Origin: Nanobdellota archaeon
GTDB taxonomy: Archaea > Nanobdellota > Nanobdellia > Parvarchaeales > Parvarchaeaceae
Direction of reading: 5' to 3'
Assembly: GCA_021810345.1 (NCBI GenBank)
Contig: JAJZIX010000003.1
Location: 1,111 to 65,110, forward strand
Length of the DNA: 64,000 bases
Part shown: positions 19,898 through 31,700 of the stretch, piece by piece
Layout of the letters: each line of letters begins with the position of its first letter
How positions within the stretch are numbered: the stretch's first letter is position 1
Notes under the pieces: generated by a model
What the model was told of the DNA's origin: nothing
Databases searched by the model: none
The model's input: only the letters and a program-made list of their open reading frames with translations
Translations under genes and position numbers: made by a program

Positions 19898-22800
19898 TCA
19901 TGCAGAACATGTCGTGGAAGTCAGTTTATAAGAAACTGATTGCGAACCGCCCGCTTTAAGAGAACCGGAGCTTGGGCTTGGAGTGTATGTGTAGTAATAA
20001 GTTCCCTTCACATTTGTACTTAGAGAGCATTGCTCCCCAGTAGTTATAATTTCGGTTGCTACGCTGAATGAGTAAGTGCCCGGATATACGTTGAATACTA
20101 TAGTTGAGCCAGAAGAGGTCTTCTTATCACCATCATACGTCACACTCCAAGGGCTTACACCCGAATTTTGGGTAAACGTTGTCTTTAACGGCAAGGAGCA
20201 GCTTGAAGATGAAAAAGTAATAGTATACGTATTGTCAGCTGTCAGTACGCTGGAAGAAGGCGAAGGAGTGTATGTGCATTGCCAGTTACTTGAGTTTACA
20301 GCAACAACCGAATATCCCGTGTACTGGTAGCTCCCGTATAAAGTGCTGAAAGTAATTGAAGAAGAAGTAGAGCTTAACGTTGTGCCGTTGTAGGTTACAT
20401 CCCAGCTAGCACCAGAAGGCAGATTTTGTTCATCAAATATAGTATTTACCGGAACGCATACATATTTTTCAGAGAATGAAATAGATTCATTGTCTCCTGC
20501 CGTCAACGATGATGACGATGGAGAGGCTACATACTCATAGCTGCATCCTGGTGAAGAAGCCAACACAGTTATGTTGTAGACCTTGAAAACGTACGAGCCA
20601 GAAGGCGCAGTAAACGTTATATGCGGAGTAGATGAACTCTCATTAAAACCGTTGTAGTTTACTGTCCATTGATATTCAAGCGGATCTGACTGTTGGCTTG
20701 AAGGCAACGAGGAAGGTGGTGGCGACTTAGTTTTATTAGTAGTTAAACCTCCACCTGGAGGCGTTGTGCTATTGACTGTAGATGTCGTATTACTTGTCGA
20801 ATTTGGAAGACCGGTCTCTGAGAACACGGAGGTACACTGAGTAGAAGCCAAAAATATAACTGACACTGAATATCCTGTTTTCAGTGCGCCGGAAGAAGGA
20901 GAAGGAGTGTATGTGCTCGTGCAGTCAGGCACTGAAGAAGAGTTTGATAGAGTCGGTATTGAGAATGAATATGTCCCGCTCTCCAGTGTGTAATCTATCG
21001 TAGGCCTGCTTGAAGACTCCGGTATGTTGTCATAGATTACTTTCCATGTATAACCATTTGGTAGCCCCGTCTCGCTGAACTGCGTTGATGCTGGAGGATA
21101 AAGCGACAGGATGGATCCAACTGAATTACCGACCTGGTACACGGGCACAGGAACGACACCATATGCCTTCGGCGAGACAAGTATTGTGTAGCTTATATTC
21201 CATAGAGTAGGTAGGTTATAGGCTAGATAATACTGTGATGAGACAGAGAAGGTCTTGTTGCCTGGGGACTGATACATACAATTTACAACGTACCCATAAA
21301 GCTCGTTGTTTATAGGATTGCAATTCTCATCAGAGGTTATGTTTACAAATGGACCGCCATTCGGATACTTCATGGTGAAAACCCTACTATTGCCATTTGA
21401 ACACGCCGAGTTTAGATTCAAGGCTGTCCCGACGCTGTCAGCTACATTTATTGTTGGCTGTGATTGATTTTGATTCTCCGCCACGCTATAGAACTGGACA
21501 GCATGCAGCCCCTCATTCAGTGAGCCCAATGAGAGATATACTCCATTCTCATAGCCTTTTGGAAGCTGATTACCAGAACACAGTTCTCCTTCTCCAAGTT
21601 TAAATATCCCATAATTACCCTGCAGTTGGCTCGAAACACAATTATTAGAGGTACCCCCACTAAATATATTCATCGCGTAGTCGATGGTACTCCCATTAAC
21701 GAAACCTGGCATCCCAAATATACCAAAGTATGGGTTCTGGAGTAACAACAAATTAAGCATATCGTATGAGTATAAAGACGACTTGAAAAGGGCGTTGCTA
21801 AGTGAATTAGAAAGCAAAAGATTTGTTGGATAGATATTTGTAAACATATTAGATATCTCTTTCTGCGAAACTGACACAGAAGTAATATAGCTATCTTTTG
21901 TAATGTATGAATTATATCCATTCGGAATGTAAATATTCAAACTGACAGGTTGACCTACCAGAGCAAGACCGACTCCAAAACCGGATGGATCTGTAACTTT
22001 AAGTGCCTGAGTGGAGGGTGGAGGGGGAGGTGACTTGATTTTCCCACCACCATGACGTTCATTAATCGTATTAAACCGTGAATACGAAGCTGAGCTGATT
22101 GTAGAATAATTATCATACTGTAGAATGAAGCTGGAATTCGTACTTGCTTGTACTTGGTTACCGTAAGCTTGGCAATCGGTTGTAAGCGTAGGGGAGGAGT
22201 AGTTCTGTGCGGAGAACGGCTTACAACCTTTAGGTAGCCCACCGAGAGTTGTGCCGTTTTCACTCTTATAAGTCGTTATAGTCTTCTCATATGTCAGATT
22301 ACTCACGCATTTGCCGGTAGTGATTGATGATTTGATTGAAACTGGGGTGCTACATGCCAACACACTACCGGAATATCCAGATGCACAGCTGTATGTCTGA
22401 TAGAAAGCGCCTGTCGTATCATTTATTATAGTAGTGTTTATAAATGGAGCTAACTCGCTATATGTACTCCTTCCTGCTTCACATCCCCCCACCTCTGGGA
22501 TCCCATTTAGATTTGTAGTGTGGGTCGTAGTGAATGCGCTCCAGCTCCATCCTGCTGGAACATTATCAGAGCTAATCACATTAGTAAGGTTTCCGCATAG
22601 GAAATTCGATGATATGCCCGTTGTTTCTGACTGTTCTGAATTTATATTAAAGTTACTTATTTCTATTGTGTCAGAGTTCAATTTCTGTGATCCGGATAGA
22701 GAGACAGAGCAGATTCCCGAGATTGAGTACTCACCGCTAGATACCTTAGTTACGCTAACCGCTGCTGAACAACTGTTAGAGGATGTGGATGATGATGGGT

Positions 22801-25800
22801 AGCTACAGGATAGATCATAATTCGCGGATTTTGAATTTGTTGTTATGTTGGCAGTCCCGCTGCAGCTGAAGGAGATTTTCAATGGGGTTGTTGGGGCAGA
22901 TGAAGAATTATACAGATATTGAGATTCAGATACAGAGCTGCTCGAAGAACTTTTATCGTTTGAATTAGAGTAGGAAAGTTTTCCATCTGTTGGAGCACAC
23001 GAATATGAAACTCCATTCAAGTTACCTATGAAGCAACCACCACCAAGGCTCAGGTTAAATCCAGTCGTAAGGGTTCCTCCACTAGCTGGAAGCGCCTCTA
23101 TACCAGAGTAAGAGCCTCCCCGAGGTGTTATCTGTTGATTCGGATTTGTGCACATTGAGTAAGCAACTATTGTACTGTTCACTGGACATGAATTTATGTA
23201 AACATTATTGCTTGGGCTGACGAGGAGAGGGTAACCAGATAGGTTCGCTATCCTGTTCACGGCAGCGCTCTCACCGGGGTTATTCGGGTTAAAATTGGTC
23301 CACGTACCATTCACAAACAACTGAGCTTTGTCTACCGTCTCGTTTCTTATGAACTGACAAGAATCATAGAAAACCGGACCATTTGGCCCTGTGATATTAC
23401 CCGGTTTTATCATGAAACCTATCGTTTCACCACTTGTAGTTGCAAAAACATTGTTACTACTAGTCAAACCAGCGTTTTCGGTGTAGGTTCTGCTTTCATT
23501 TACTACACAATAAGGCGATTCGACTCCAGAAGTGAAATCCGATGCTTGTATAGGCTCACTGCTATTTGCAAGAGGCATTTGAGTGAGGGTGTAGTTTGCG
23601 CAGCTATATGAAACGGTATTTGGAACTGATAAAGTGTAATTTATATAGGAACTGCTTAAAACTGTTACATTATTATATCCACTGTAGCCTACATCGATCG
23701 GTCTCGGCACGGAATAAACTTCTCCACTGCCAGTTTCTGCTGTGGAAAAGTTAGTGAAAAGGTCATTTGAAACATTAAAGCTTAGTGGGTTACCTGAGAA
23801 TTGAAGCAGATCGGTTATGACGGGTGAATTATCAAAGAAGCAGTAGTTGCTAGTTACAGCTTCTGTTGGAACGGCCTCCTGATAAGCTTTATTTGTGGAA
23901 TAGTGAATATCACCAAAACCAGAGTATTGGAATATGGCCTGTTGTAAAGCTGAATAGGTGATCGAGAAACAGTCCATAACCGGCCCTGATACGGGATTAG
24001 ATATTGAAGGCGAACTAGCAGAGACATTATTGACAAGAAGCGAGCCGACCCCAGAACCATTAAATTTGAAACCGCTTATGCACGGCCCTATACCATTTGA
24101 ACACATACTTAATAAGTTACCTGAGTAACCATTAGCATTAAACTGAACATTGTAGTTGGTCTCTGAGTAATTGAACCAGCTGTCTGGATAAGCCGGCGCA
24201 GATGGCGTATTAATAAATAGAGTATAAGGAGAGCCAGCTGAATTTCCTATAAATGCATAATAACAGTTACCATTTGCATCTGATATGGTCTGGAATGGGA
24301 CTTCTGAGTAGGGATATGAGAAATTCGAAAGAACTTTTATTGAATTGCAGCTATTATAAAGATTTGGCAAAGAGAAAGTAATCGGTATGTTCGAGGTGAT
24401 TGATGAAGGAATGGTGATCTCAGCTGCAGAAGAAGGATTATCGGCAAGTGCAATCGGTTGTATAGCTATAAAGGCACCATCTGAGTAAGCCGGCACGGTA
24501 GGGCCTATGGTTATGGATAACGCCCCCGATATTTTATTGGATAAAGAAGCGAAGCTTAAGGTGTCATTAGCAAGTTGACAGTTACCGCTGTAGTTGAGTA
24601 TTCCATTTGTAACCACAATCCTCCCTACATCACAAGAATCAGAAGAAGGCCCAGACAAATTAACTTCCTGAGAGTTGAGGGGTGCGCCGTTATATGTTAT
24701 ATAGAGTGAATTTGATGGCATGTACTGTATTGAGGCTTGCAGGAATATATCACCGCTTCCAAGATATTCATTATTAGTAGCGTTCATAAAGACGGCTCTT
24801 ATAGCACTGAAAGGAGATGTAAGATTACACAGTATTGCTCCATTAGTTAGATGATATTCACCCGGTGCAATCTCGCTTGCGCCTATATTATGCAGATAGG
24901 GGTTATAATCATTTATTATATTGCAGCTGAAAGGAGATCCATTTATATTATATAGGTAAACATTTGAGTTCTTCAGTATTATTGTACGGGGCTCGGGTTT
25001 GAACAGCAGTGAGAAACCGTTTGTAAGCGGCTTGCTTATATTCAGAGTAGTCGAGAAAACACCATTCGACGGCGTAGAAAGTGTGAAATTGCCGGATACT
25101 AGGTAGGTTCCATGCTGGGAGGTATTGCTAGCATTGAAAATCGAATTGTTGTAGAGATCCACTTGGAACGGTCCATTCGAGGTTATAGTCATTATGGATT
25201 GATTGACTTTTATACCATCAAAACACCGGAATAATGTAGAGTTAGACGAGAAAACGCCAGCGCTGTTGGTAGATTCACTAAAGAGACAGTGGGGCATGCC
25301 GCTGAAATTGATAGTTATTGGTGAATTCGCAAACTTCGAAAAGTTTGCAAAACTATCGCTGCCGACTACCCTTAGTATAGAAGCATTGCCTATAAGATTA
25401 TTTGCAGTAAGTGTAAATCCGTAGGAGCTTGACGAAAGAACTGCTGGGGCTGGCACAAATGTTGAGCTAAATACCTTATAAAATGAGGATAAATTACTAA
25501 AAACAGATGATAGCCCGCCAGAATCGAAATATGCAAACGCTTCCTTACTGTAAGAAGTTGAGTTCGAGTTAATGGCTGGTTTCTGTAGCATGAATGAAAC
25601 TTCTGATGTTTTGTATGAAGGGAGGTTGTTTACGCTGAGAACTGCTTGATCCGAATAAGGCATAAAGACCAATCCTCTCCACCTTGTTATAAGCAGGTTA
25701 TCAATAGCAGAATTGCTTTTGTAAAAGTCATGAACTGCGTAAGCCAAGTTTGGTGGCGATACCGCCCGAGTACTCCAAAAAACACTAAAGTCATTTATGT

Positions 25801-28729
25801 TGTCAGGAGATGCAAAACATGACACCGAAGAGCCTATTAAGGATCTTCCACTTAATGCATAGTTTCCTGTTCCATTCGACACGGCTATGTTAGTTGTTAT
25901 ATTTGCGAGTATAGCATTTTGGGTTAAGTTTGAAGGCAGAACCGAAAAATTAAAATTGTCTGTGTATATGCTTATATTTGAGAAGGGTGATTCGCTGAAA
26001 TTTACAGTGTAGCCTACTAGATATTGCCATGGAGGAGATGGACTGGGGCTGCTAGGATTTAGAATTTCATTGTTATGATTGGGGAAATTAAATTCTATCA
26101 AGTGTGGTTCCGCAGATTGAAGCAGTGGATTAACTTGTATATTGCCCATAGACGTAACCGGGTTTGCGTTATCGCCCCATGAAACATTAAAGAGATTTCC
26201 GAAATAGAATGCTGCCTTATATTTTCCCTGGAGAAGCTCTTTAAACAAAGCTAATGGAACTTCAACAGTAAATGTAGCCGTGCCATTTGGCACAATCAAT
26301 GGAACGCCCGTATTATCCGAACTAGAATGGACAAGAAATGTATTTGAAGTCCTAGTTACATTATCTGGTCCGCCAGTGCCTGGTCTGTAAAACCACATAC
26401 CCAGCAATGAGTTGTTATAAGGACCATTTAAGTAGGAAGGAGACGCTGAGAACAGAGATTCTATAGGGATTGGATTCATAGGATACCCTTCTTTATAGGT
26501 GTACATATTCGTGTCTAAGGAAGAGTTGTAGGTTAGCCCTATAACACCGGTCATGTCTTGCTGCCTCATACCGTTAAGCATTTGACTGAAGTAAGAGTAA
26601 TCTTGCTCTAAAGAATTTGTCGGGGATGAATAAAACATCTGACTGACATTTGTGTCGCGGAACAGCGCTATGAAGTATGGATTTGTTATGTTTGTTGTAC
26701 CTACATTTTTGATTGTAATAACAATCGGAACACTGGAGGAGTTTGAGTTAAATGCAGGACAGTTGTATATTTTCTGCATAAATACTGTCGAGTCTGCAGT
26801 CGGATTAGACATATTCTTTTCGCCAAGAAAATCACCGCAGTAGCTGCCCCCATTATTAGCTACGTACAAAGATCTTATCCATGCGTCAGTTATATTGCGT
26901 ACTATCCCAGAAGGAGTACAGGCGATATTGCTTATGAAAATGCCTTGTTCAAAATTCAGATCGTTCCCGCCGCCTTGTATAAAGCAATTGCTGCTGTTGT
27001 AGAAAGAGTTACATAAACCAGCTGCGACCGTGTAATTCTCCGCGGCTGTAGGTGCTATGACCCGGGTATAGCTAGGAGAGGTGTAGACACCTGTATTTGT
27101 ATTGAAACTCTCACCATAGAAACAAAAACTATCCAAAGCTTTTATTGTGAAATTATTAAGCGGATCAAACGAATCAAACCCGGGGATGGCTGGCTGATTG
27201 GCTAAGTTACTTAAAGGCAAATAATAAGAAGACCAAGTTCTTTGATAAGAAATTGGATTTATACTCTGCGGGTCCTCGAATGTACAGTTACTACCGACAT
27301 TGCCATTCGACTTGATGCATATTGGAAAGAATCCTCCGGTTGCAAAGCTTAGATGACTATATTGTACTGGCAGACTGAATTGTGAGAATGTTGCCTGCAG
27401 TGAGGGATAATAAAATGCCTGCAAAGCCGGTAAAGTATATGAATTTGATTGGTACATTGGGATTTGCTGTCGGGAACGATTATATTGAACTAAGGTGCTA
27501 CTGAGTCCAGGACCAACTTCAATAGCTGGTATAGAGACTAGTGCTGCTATGCGCATGATTTCGGACATTGGCACCTTATTCTGGAATGTTGTATAACCAC
27601 TCGATATTGATGTATTGCTTGAAAAAAGTATAACATTTCCAGTTTCAGGGCTCTTCCCAAAATATGAAGCATTAACTTCTGTGTAGAAAGGCACAACTTG
27701 ATTAAGGTAGTTTAGATAGCCCTTATTACCTGACGGGAATGGTGCATAATTTGAAGTCGGCATGCCAAAATTGAAATTAGGTGCTATTCTTTGTACCTGG
27801 TATGCGTAGGGTGATTCAAAGAAGCCATCTGCAACGATTGATGGAATCGGGACGCTATTAATCCATAGGGCCGTGCTAGAGAGCACTCCTTGTATGTATA
27901 ATTCGCCAATACCATCCTCTGTGTTTGAAGAAAGAAACACCGACGGCATAAATCCAGTTAAAGTTGGCATGCTCGACACTGTTTGACCTGGTAGAAGAAC
28001 ATACGTATCGGGGAAAGTCGAACCGCATGAAACAGACGGTATTACTAATGTGCTCTTACCATGGATTGGATAACCAGAACCGAAGTTTATCCCCTCATAC
28101 GTGTTGTTTACAGCATAATAATAGCCAGTTAAGCTACCTCCATAAGCTTTAATGACAGAATTGTTAAAAACTACCAGATTCTGGTATGGATTTTCTTTGC
28201 TTGGGAAAGCAAAAAGCAAAGGCTCGAACGAGCCAGAAATCAGATTCGGGAAGGAAGCAGTAAATATATTTGTGTTTGGTTCACTCTGTGGAAATCCTAA
28301 ATATCCAACGAAGTCTGATATATTTTGTATGTTACTTGATCCACCGCAGAGATAAAGTAAGGGTCCGCTGAGTAAATTAGTGAAAAAGTTAGAATTAACA
28401 CATATGTGAGGAGCTGTTATGGCGGTTAGTGTCTCGCATTCATACTCCTTCGTTGTAGTGTTTAAGACGACTTTGCCAGGATAAAACTTGGAGTTAAACC
28501 AAAAATTACTGTTGACTGCATCGGTATTGTTTACTATCTCATTTTGTGCGACCAATGAGGTTGATGAAGCCGATGACTGGAAGGCATTTTGGTCGTTTTG
28601 TGACAAGCCGCCTAAAGCCGATGATGCAGTTGCTGTAGTCGTATGAGAAGGACTGCCGAATTGATGCAAGGATATCAGCACTGCTAACACTGCTATCAAA
28701 GCGAGCATCAGGTATTCTAATTTCCTCAT
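19898..28729 (-). CDS. giant secreted, sequon-rich surface protein (2943 aa) with C-terminal tandem beta-sandwich-like repeats
   Basis: Uninterrupted 8.8-kb ORF. N-terminal Sec-type signal MRKLEYLMLALIAVLAVLISL. Very high S/T/N/G/Y content, many N-x-S/T sequons, Pro-rich linkers (KSPPPPPS, KSPPPSSLPSS), and four roughly 95-aa C-terminal repeats. No C-terminal TM segment. Confidence 0.85.
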   Translation of the reverse strand: MRKLEYLMLALIAVLAVLISLHQFGSPSHTTTATASSALGGLSQNDQNAFQSSASSTSLVAQNEIVNNTDAVNSNFWFNSKFYPGKVVLNTTTKEYECETLTAITAPHICVNSNFFTNLLSGPLLYLCGGSSNIQNISDFVGYLGFPQSEPNTNIFTASFPNLISGSFEPLLFAFPSKENPYQNLVVFNNSVIKAYGGSLTGYYYAVNNTYEGINFGSGYPIHGKSTLVIPSVSCGSTFPDTYVLLPGQTVSSMPTLTGFMPSVFLSSNTEDGIGELYIQGVLSSTALWINSVPIPSIVADGFFESPYAYQVQRIAPNFNFGMPTSNYAPFPSGNKGYLNYLNQVVPFYTEVNASYFGKSPETGNVILFSSNTSISSGYTTFQNKVPMSEIMRIAALVSIPAIEVGPGLSSTLVQYNRSRQQIPMYQSNSYTLPALQAFYYPSLQATFSQFSLPVQYSHLSFATGGFFPICIKSNGNVGSNCTFEDPQSINPISYQRTWSSYYLPLSNLANQPAIPGFDSFDPLNNFTIKALDSFCFYGESFNTNTGVYTSPSYTRVIAPTAAENYTVAAGLCNSFYNSSNCFIQGGGNDLNFEQGIFISNIACTPSGIVRNITDAWIRSLYVANNGGSYCGDFLGEKNMSNPTADSTVFMQKIYNCPAFNSNSSSVPIVITIKNVGTTNITNPYFIALFRDTNVSQMFYSSPTNSLEQDYSYFSQMLNGMRQQDMTGVIGLTYNSSLDTNMYTYKEGYPMNPIPIESLFSASPSYLNGPYNNSLLGMWFYRPGTGGPDNVTRTSNTFLVHSSSDNTGVPLIVPNGTATFTVEVPLALFKELLQGKYKAAFYFGNLFNVSWGDNANPVTSMGNIQVNPLLQSAEPHLIEFNFPNHNNEILNPSSPSPSPPWQYLVGYTVNFSESPFSNISIYTDNFNFSVLPSNLTQNAILANITTNIAVSNGTGNYALSGRSLIGSSVSCFASPDNINDFSVFWSTRAVSPPNLAYAVHDFYKSNSAIDNLLITRWRGLVFMPYSDQAVLSVNNLPSYKTSEVSFMLQKPAINSNSTSYSKEAFAYFDSGGLSSVFSNLSSFYKVFSSTFVPAPAVLSSSSYGFTLTANNLIGNASILRVVGSDSFANFSKFANSPITINFSGMPHCLFSESTNSAGVFSSNSTLFRCFDGIKVNQSIMTITSNGPFQVDLYNNSIFNASNTSQHGTYLVSGNFTLSTPSNGVFSTTLNISKPLTNGFSLLFKPEPRTIILKNSNVYLYNINGSPFSCNIINDYNPYLHNIGASEIAPGEYHLTNGAILCNLTSPFSAIRAVFMNATNNEYLGSGDIFLQASIQYMPSNSLYITYNGAPLNSQEVNLSGPSSDSCDVGRIVVTNGILNYSGNCQLANDTLSFASLSNKISGALSITIGPTVPAYSDGAFIAIQPIALADNPSSAAEITIPSSITSNIPITFSLPNLYNSCNSIKVLSNFSYPYSEVPFQTISDANGNCYYAFIGNSAGSPYTLFINTPSAPAYPDSWFNYSETNYNVQFNANGYSGNLLSMCSNGIGPCISGFKFNGSGVGSLLVNNVSASSPSISNPVSGPVMDCFSITYSALQQAIFQYSGFGDIHYSTNKAYQEAVPTEAVTSNYCFFDNSPVITDLLQFSGNPLSFNVSNDLFTNFSTAETGSGEVYSVPRPIDVGYSGYNNVTVLSSSYINYTLSVPNTVSYSCANYTLTQMPLANSSEPIQASDFTSGVESPYCVVNESRTYTENAGLTSSNNVFATTSGETIGFMIKPGNITGPNGPVFYDSCQFIRNETVDKAQLFVNGTWTNFNPNNPGESAAVNRIANLSGYPLLVSPSNNVYINSCPVNSTIVAYSMCTNPNQQITPRGGSYSGIEALPASGGTLTTGFNLSLGGGCFIGNLNGVSYSCAPTDGKLSYSNSNDKSSSSSSVSESQYLYNSSSAPTTPLKISFSCSGTANITTNSKSANYDLSCSYPSSSTSSNSCSAAVSVTKVSSGEYSISGICSVSLSGSQKLNSDTIEISNFNINSEQSETTGISSNFLCGNLTNVISSDNVPAGWSWSAFTTTHTTNLNGIPEVGGCEAGRSTYSELAPFINTTIINDTTGAFYQTYSCASGYSGSVLACSTPVSIKSSITTGKCVSNLTYEKTITTYKSENGTTLGGLPKGCKPFSAQNYSSPTLTTDCQAYGNQVQASTNSSFILQYDNYSTISSASYSRFNTINERHGGGKIKSPPPPPSTQALKVTDPSGFGVGLALVGQPVSLNIYIPNGYNSYITKDSYITSVSVSQKEISNMFTNIYPTNLLLSNSLSNALFKSSLYSYDMLNLLLLQNPYFGIFGMPGFVNGSTIDYAMNIFSGGTSNNCVSSQLQGNYGIFKLGEGELCSGNQLPKGYENGVYLSLGSLNEGLHAVQFYSVAENQNQSQPTINVADSVGTALNLNSACSNGNSRVFTMKYPNGGPFVNITSDENCNPINNELYGYVVNCMYQSPGNKTFSVSSQYYLAYNLPTLWNISYTILVSPKAYGVVPVPVYQVGNSVGSILSLYPPASTQFSETGLPNGYTWKVIYDNIPESSSRPTIDYTLESGTYSFSIPTLSNSSSVPDCTSTYTPSPSSGALKTGYSVSVIFLASTQCTSVFSETGLPNSTSNTTSTVNSTTPPGGGLTTNKTKSPPPSSLPSSQQSDPLEYQWTVNYNGFNESSSTPHITFTAPSGSYVFKVYNITVLASSPGCSYEYVASPSSSSLTAGDNESISFSEKYVCVPVNTIFDEQNLPSGASWDVTYNGTTLSSTSSSITFSTLYGSYQYTGYSVVAVNSSNWQCTYTPSPSSSVLTADNTYTITFSSSSCSLPLKTTFTQNSGVSPWSVTYDGDKKTSSGSTIVFNVYPGTYSFSVATEIITTGEQCSLSTNVKGTYYYTYTPSPSSGSLKAGGSQSVSYKLTSTTCSA

Positions 28730-28782
28730 GTAGCCTCACTCTCAAAACTCAATACTGTTTTATTAACTTTTTCCATGTTTAA

Positions 28783-31700
28783 TTAAGGCCAGGTACTGTA
28801 CTTGTTCACCCCTATTATAGTTAAATTTGGATAAATTGGATTGTACTTATTGTACATTGTAGCCAGATTAAATGCCGGAGGATACGGCGAATAGGTTGCG
28901 TTTAAAAGCGTAATTCCAAATGATGGTTTTACAGTTATACAAGCAAATTGAGCGTAATATTTGGACAAAGTGGCATTGTAAATGTAAGGCGGTTGCGGTT
29001 CTAGGTTCGTGAGATTAAGACCGACTAATGAATAGGTAGGAGAGTATTTGTGCTGCTTTGAAGGATAGATAAAATTAAATTTTCCGCTTTGTTGGGTTGA
29101 GTAAAAGAAGAAGGGGAATACTTCTGTCCCGTTGCTTGAGTAAGGTCCAGATTGACTTACACCACTACCATATACTATGTATATTGAAGCTGGAAGTGTT
29201 TTTGTGAGGTTTATCCAAAGTATTGCTCCATTTGCAATGGGGGTCTGGTTCCACCAGTAAAGCTCTAATACCTTGTTAGGGTAAACAGCAAAGATCTCAA
29301 GGTCATTTGAACTCAAAGCTGTCAGATTGAAATTGTTATTTAGAACCAGCTTTTCCTGATATGCATAGTTCAGAGTAGTTGGACTGTTTATTAAGATTTG
29401 GTTGTAATACGTATTCTGATCACTCTGCAGTTTAAATGAAAAGTTCAAGCTTGGGTTTAGGGTGCTTGCAGGCAGACTCTGTGATTCGCTGCTAATCGCG
29501 TTGTAATCTGGTATGTAGTTAGAAATAAAGAAGTAATTAAGAAGGTCAGATGAAGTCTTCGAGCCAGTAGACGCCCCTATCAGGTTTATTTGGCCCCCTG
29601 ACAACAACTGTAGATCGCTGGATGAGTAGTAGGATTGGTTCACCCCGTTTACTTCAAATGTCAGATTACATGAAGCCGGAGCGGTGCAGAACCTATTGAC
29701 CTGTATATTTTCCTGCTGTTTACTTGCTGCGTTAGAAGCTGATTGGCTCAGAACGGAAAGCCCGCTGTTTACCGAATAGTTGTATATTCCGTTGAAGCCG
29801 CCCGTCTCAGACGACAATTTTACTGCTGTAAACTGAGATTGCAAGTTTTGGTTCTTGCTCAGTAAAATGCTGAAGGACGGTGACGGTCCACCTAATTCAA
29901 CCCCTGCGTTTATAGACAGGTTTTCAGGCAGTGTCAAGCTACCATTTAACAGTGCGAACGTCCAGTTATTATATGTTCCGTAAGGGCCCGAAGACTTAAC
30001 TCCACCCCCGTAGATCAAAAGCAATTTATAGAGCTTACCATTGTAAGTATTACCTTGAGTGGTGAAATTTTCATTGTCAACCAAAAGAGAAGACGGGCAG
30101 GAGTTTCCACTTGTTATCCAGTTTTGGTATGAGAATTCCTGTGTCTTATAGTAAGGACAATAGTAGTAAATGCTGCCGGATTGGTTCACAGATGTACAGC
30201 CTTCACCAGAAGGTGCGCCGCTGTTTGAACTTATATATTGCTCCGTTGTCCGATTTGTCGTCTCGAGGCCGGCTATGCATGTTGTGTTAATGAAGGGCTT
30301 TGCGACTATAGGCGCGCAGTTCAAATAAGTCGTATTGGCAACTAATGCAAGGTCAAATCCCGGGTATCCTGTAGTGTAAGGTGAGTTCTGAATCCCACAC
30401 AGCTCTGTTGGGGTCAAGCTTAAGTTGTTTTGATACCCGAAATCTAAGGATATTGGGATACCGAGAACCTCCTCCGAGTAATTATTATCTATGACCGGGC
30501 CCCTCGAAGAAAAGGAGTAGTTCACAGAAGCTTTGTAGTTCTTATAATTGGTGCACAAACTGGATTCGCTTGTATTTATAGATAGGTTAAGTACATTCAC
30601 ATCAAAGGCGCTGCCTGAAAGAAAGCTAAGCTCCATTGGTATCTCTTTATCCAAGAGGTCCTGTATATTTCCAGACAGAGTCTGTGAAAGTAGCTGTCTG
30701 CAGAACTGCAGATCGGAAGAGTTCTGGCTGCAGTTGTAGATGTAAGTCCCATAATACGGCTCTTTTACGCGGCTGAGCTCATTAAGCAGGTAATTTGTAC
30801 CCTGTGGAGAGCCCATAGCCAGTATAAGTGATGAGTACCAATCATACTTGGGCTGACCGTTTACAGAGACACTTTTAAGGTTGACCCCCCCTATGACATT
30901 TGAAATGTAATTGTCTATTTCGTACTGCGCAAAGCCCCTTATGCTACTGCTACCTAGAGGGAACGTTTCATTCACAAATGCAGTGCTTAGAGAAAGCAGC
31001 GTACTCAGGTAATTTGTGTTTGATACATATCCAGACAAACTTAAGCAATTCTCCAGGTTGAACTGTACCTCATTATAGGACAGACATATTTCCGGATTAT
31101 ACAGAGGAAATGCGGAAAAAGAGACGTATAAATTCTTGTTGTTAGGGAACAAAAGATTCTCGTTCGAGGCGACTTCAAAGCTGCTGAGAATGTATTTGTA
31201 GAAGACAAATTTTGGCTGGAGCGATACTACAGCGTAGTTTACGGGCGATATGGTAAAAAACCCAGTCACATCCGAGGATATTACAAAATTGTAGTCTGTA
31301 CCATCAAAGGTGAAAGCGGTGTTGTTGGACAGCTGGATCTGTGGAGTTATTCCAGCCACTGTGTCTTCTGACATGGCACCTTTCAGAGTGTACACATTTT
31401 GGTTTATTATGGGAGTCATCTCAAAGCTATAAATTCCATTAGTTTCGTTGCTGTATACTATTGCTTCGTCTCCATTCGGGAAGGTTACCACAACATATTG
31501 TGATGAAGGAGATATATGGGAGCCACTGAAAAATGAATTCACTGCAGAAGGGTGGCTGAGGACTCCTGAGACAACATCCTGCTCGCCAGCAAACACAAAT
31601 TTCTTTTCACCCATAAGGAAATCTTGCCCGGCTATTCCACTGAAAACTGGTGTGCAGGACGAGCTAGAATGCTCGCATACGGTGTAGTTTTGAGATGACC

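Noticed and set aside
20076-28355. Numerous short plus-strand ORFs inside the 2943-aa gene (e.g. 20076-20330, 22434-22802, 25203-25424)
   Set aside because: They are antisense to a single uninterrupted 8.8-kb ORF with consistent composition. They are artefacts of the biased codon composition.
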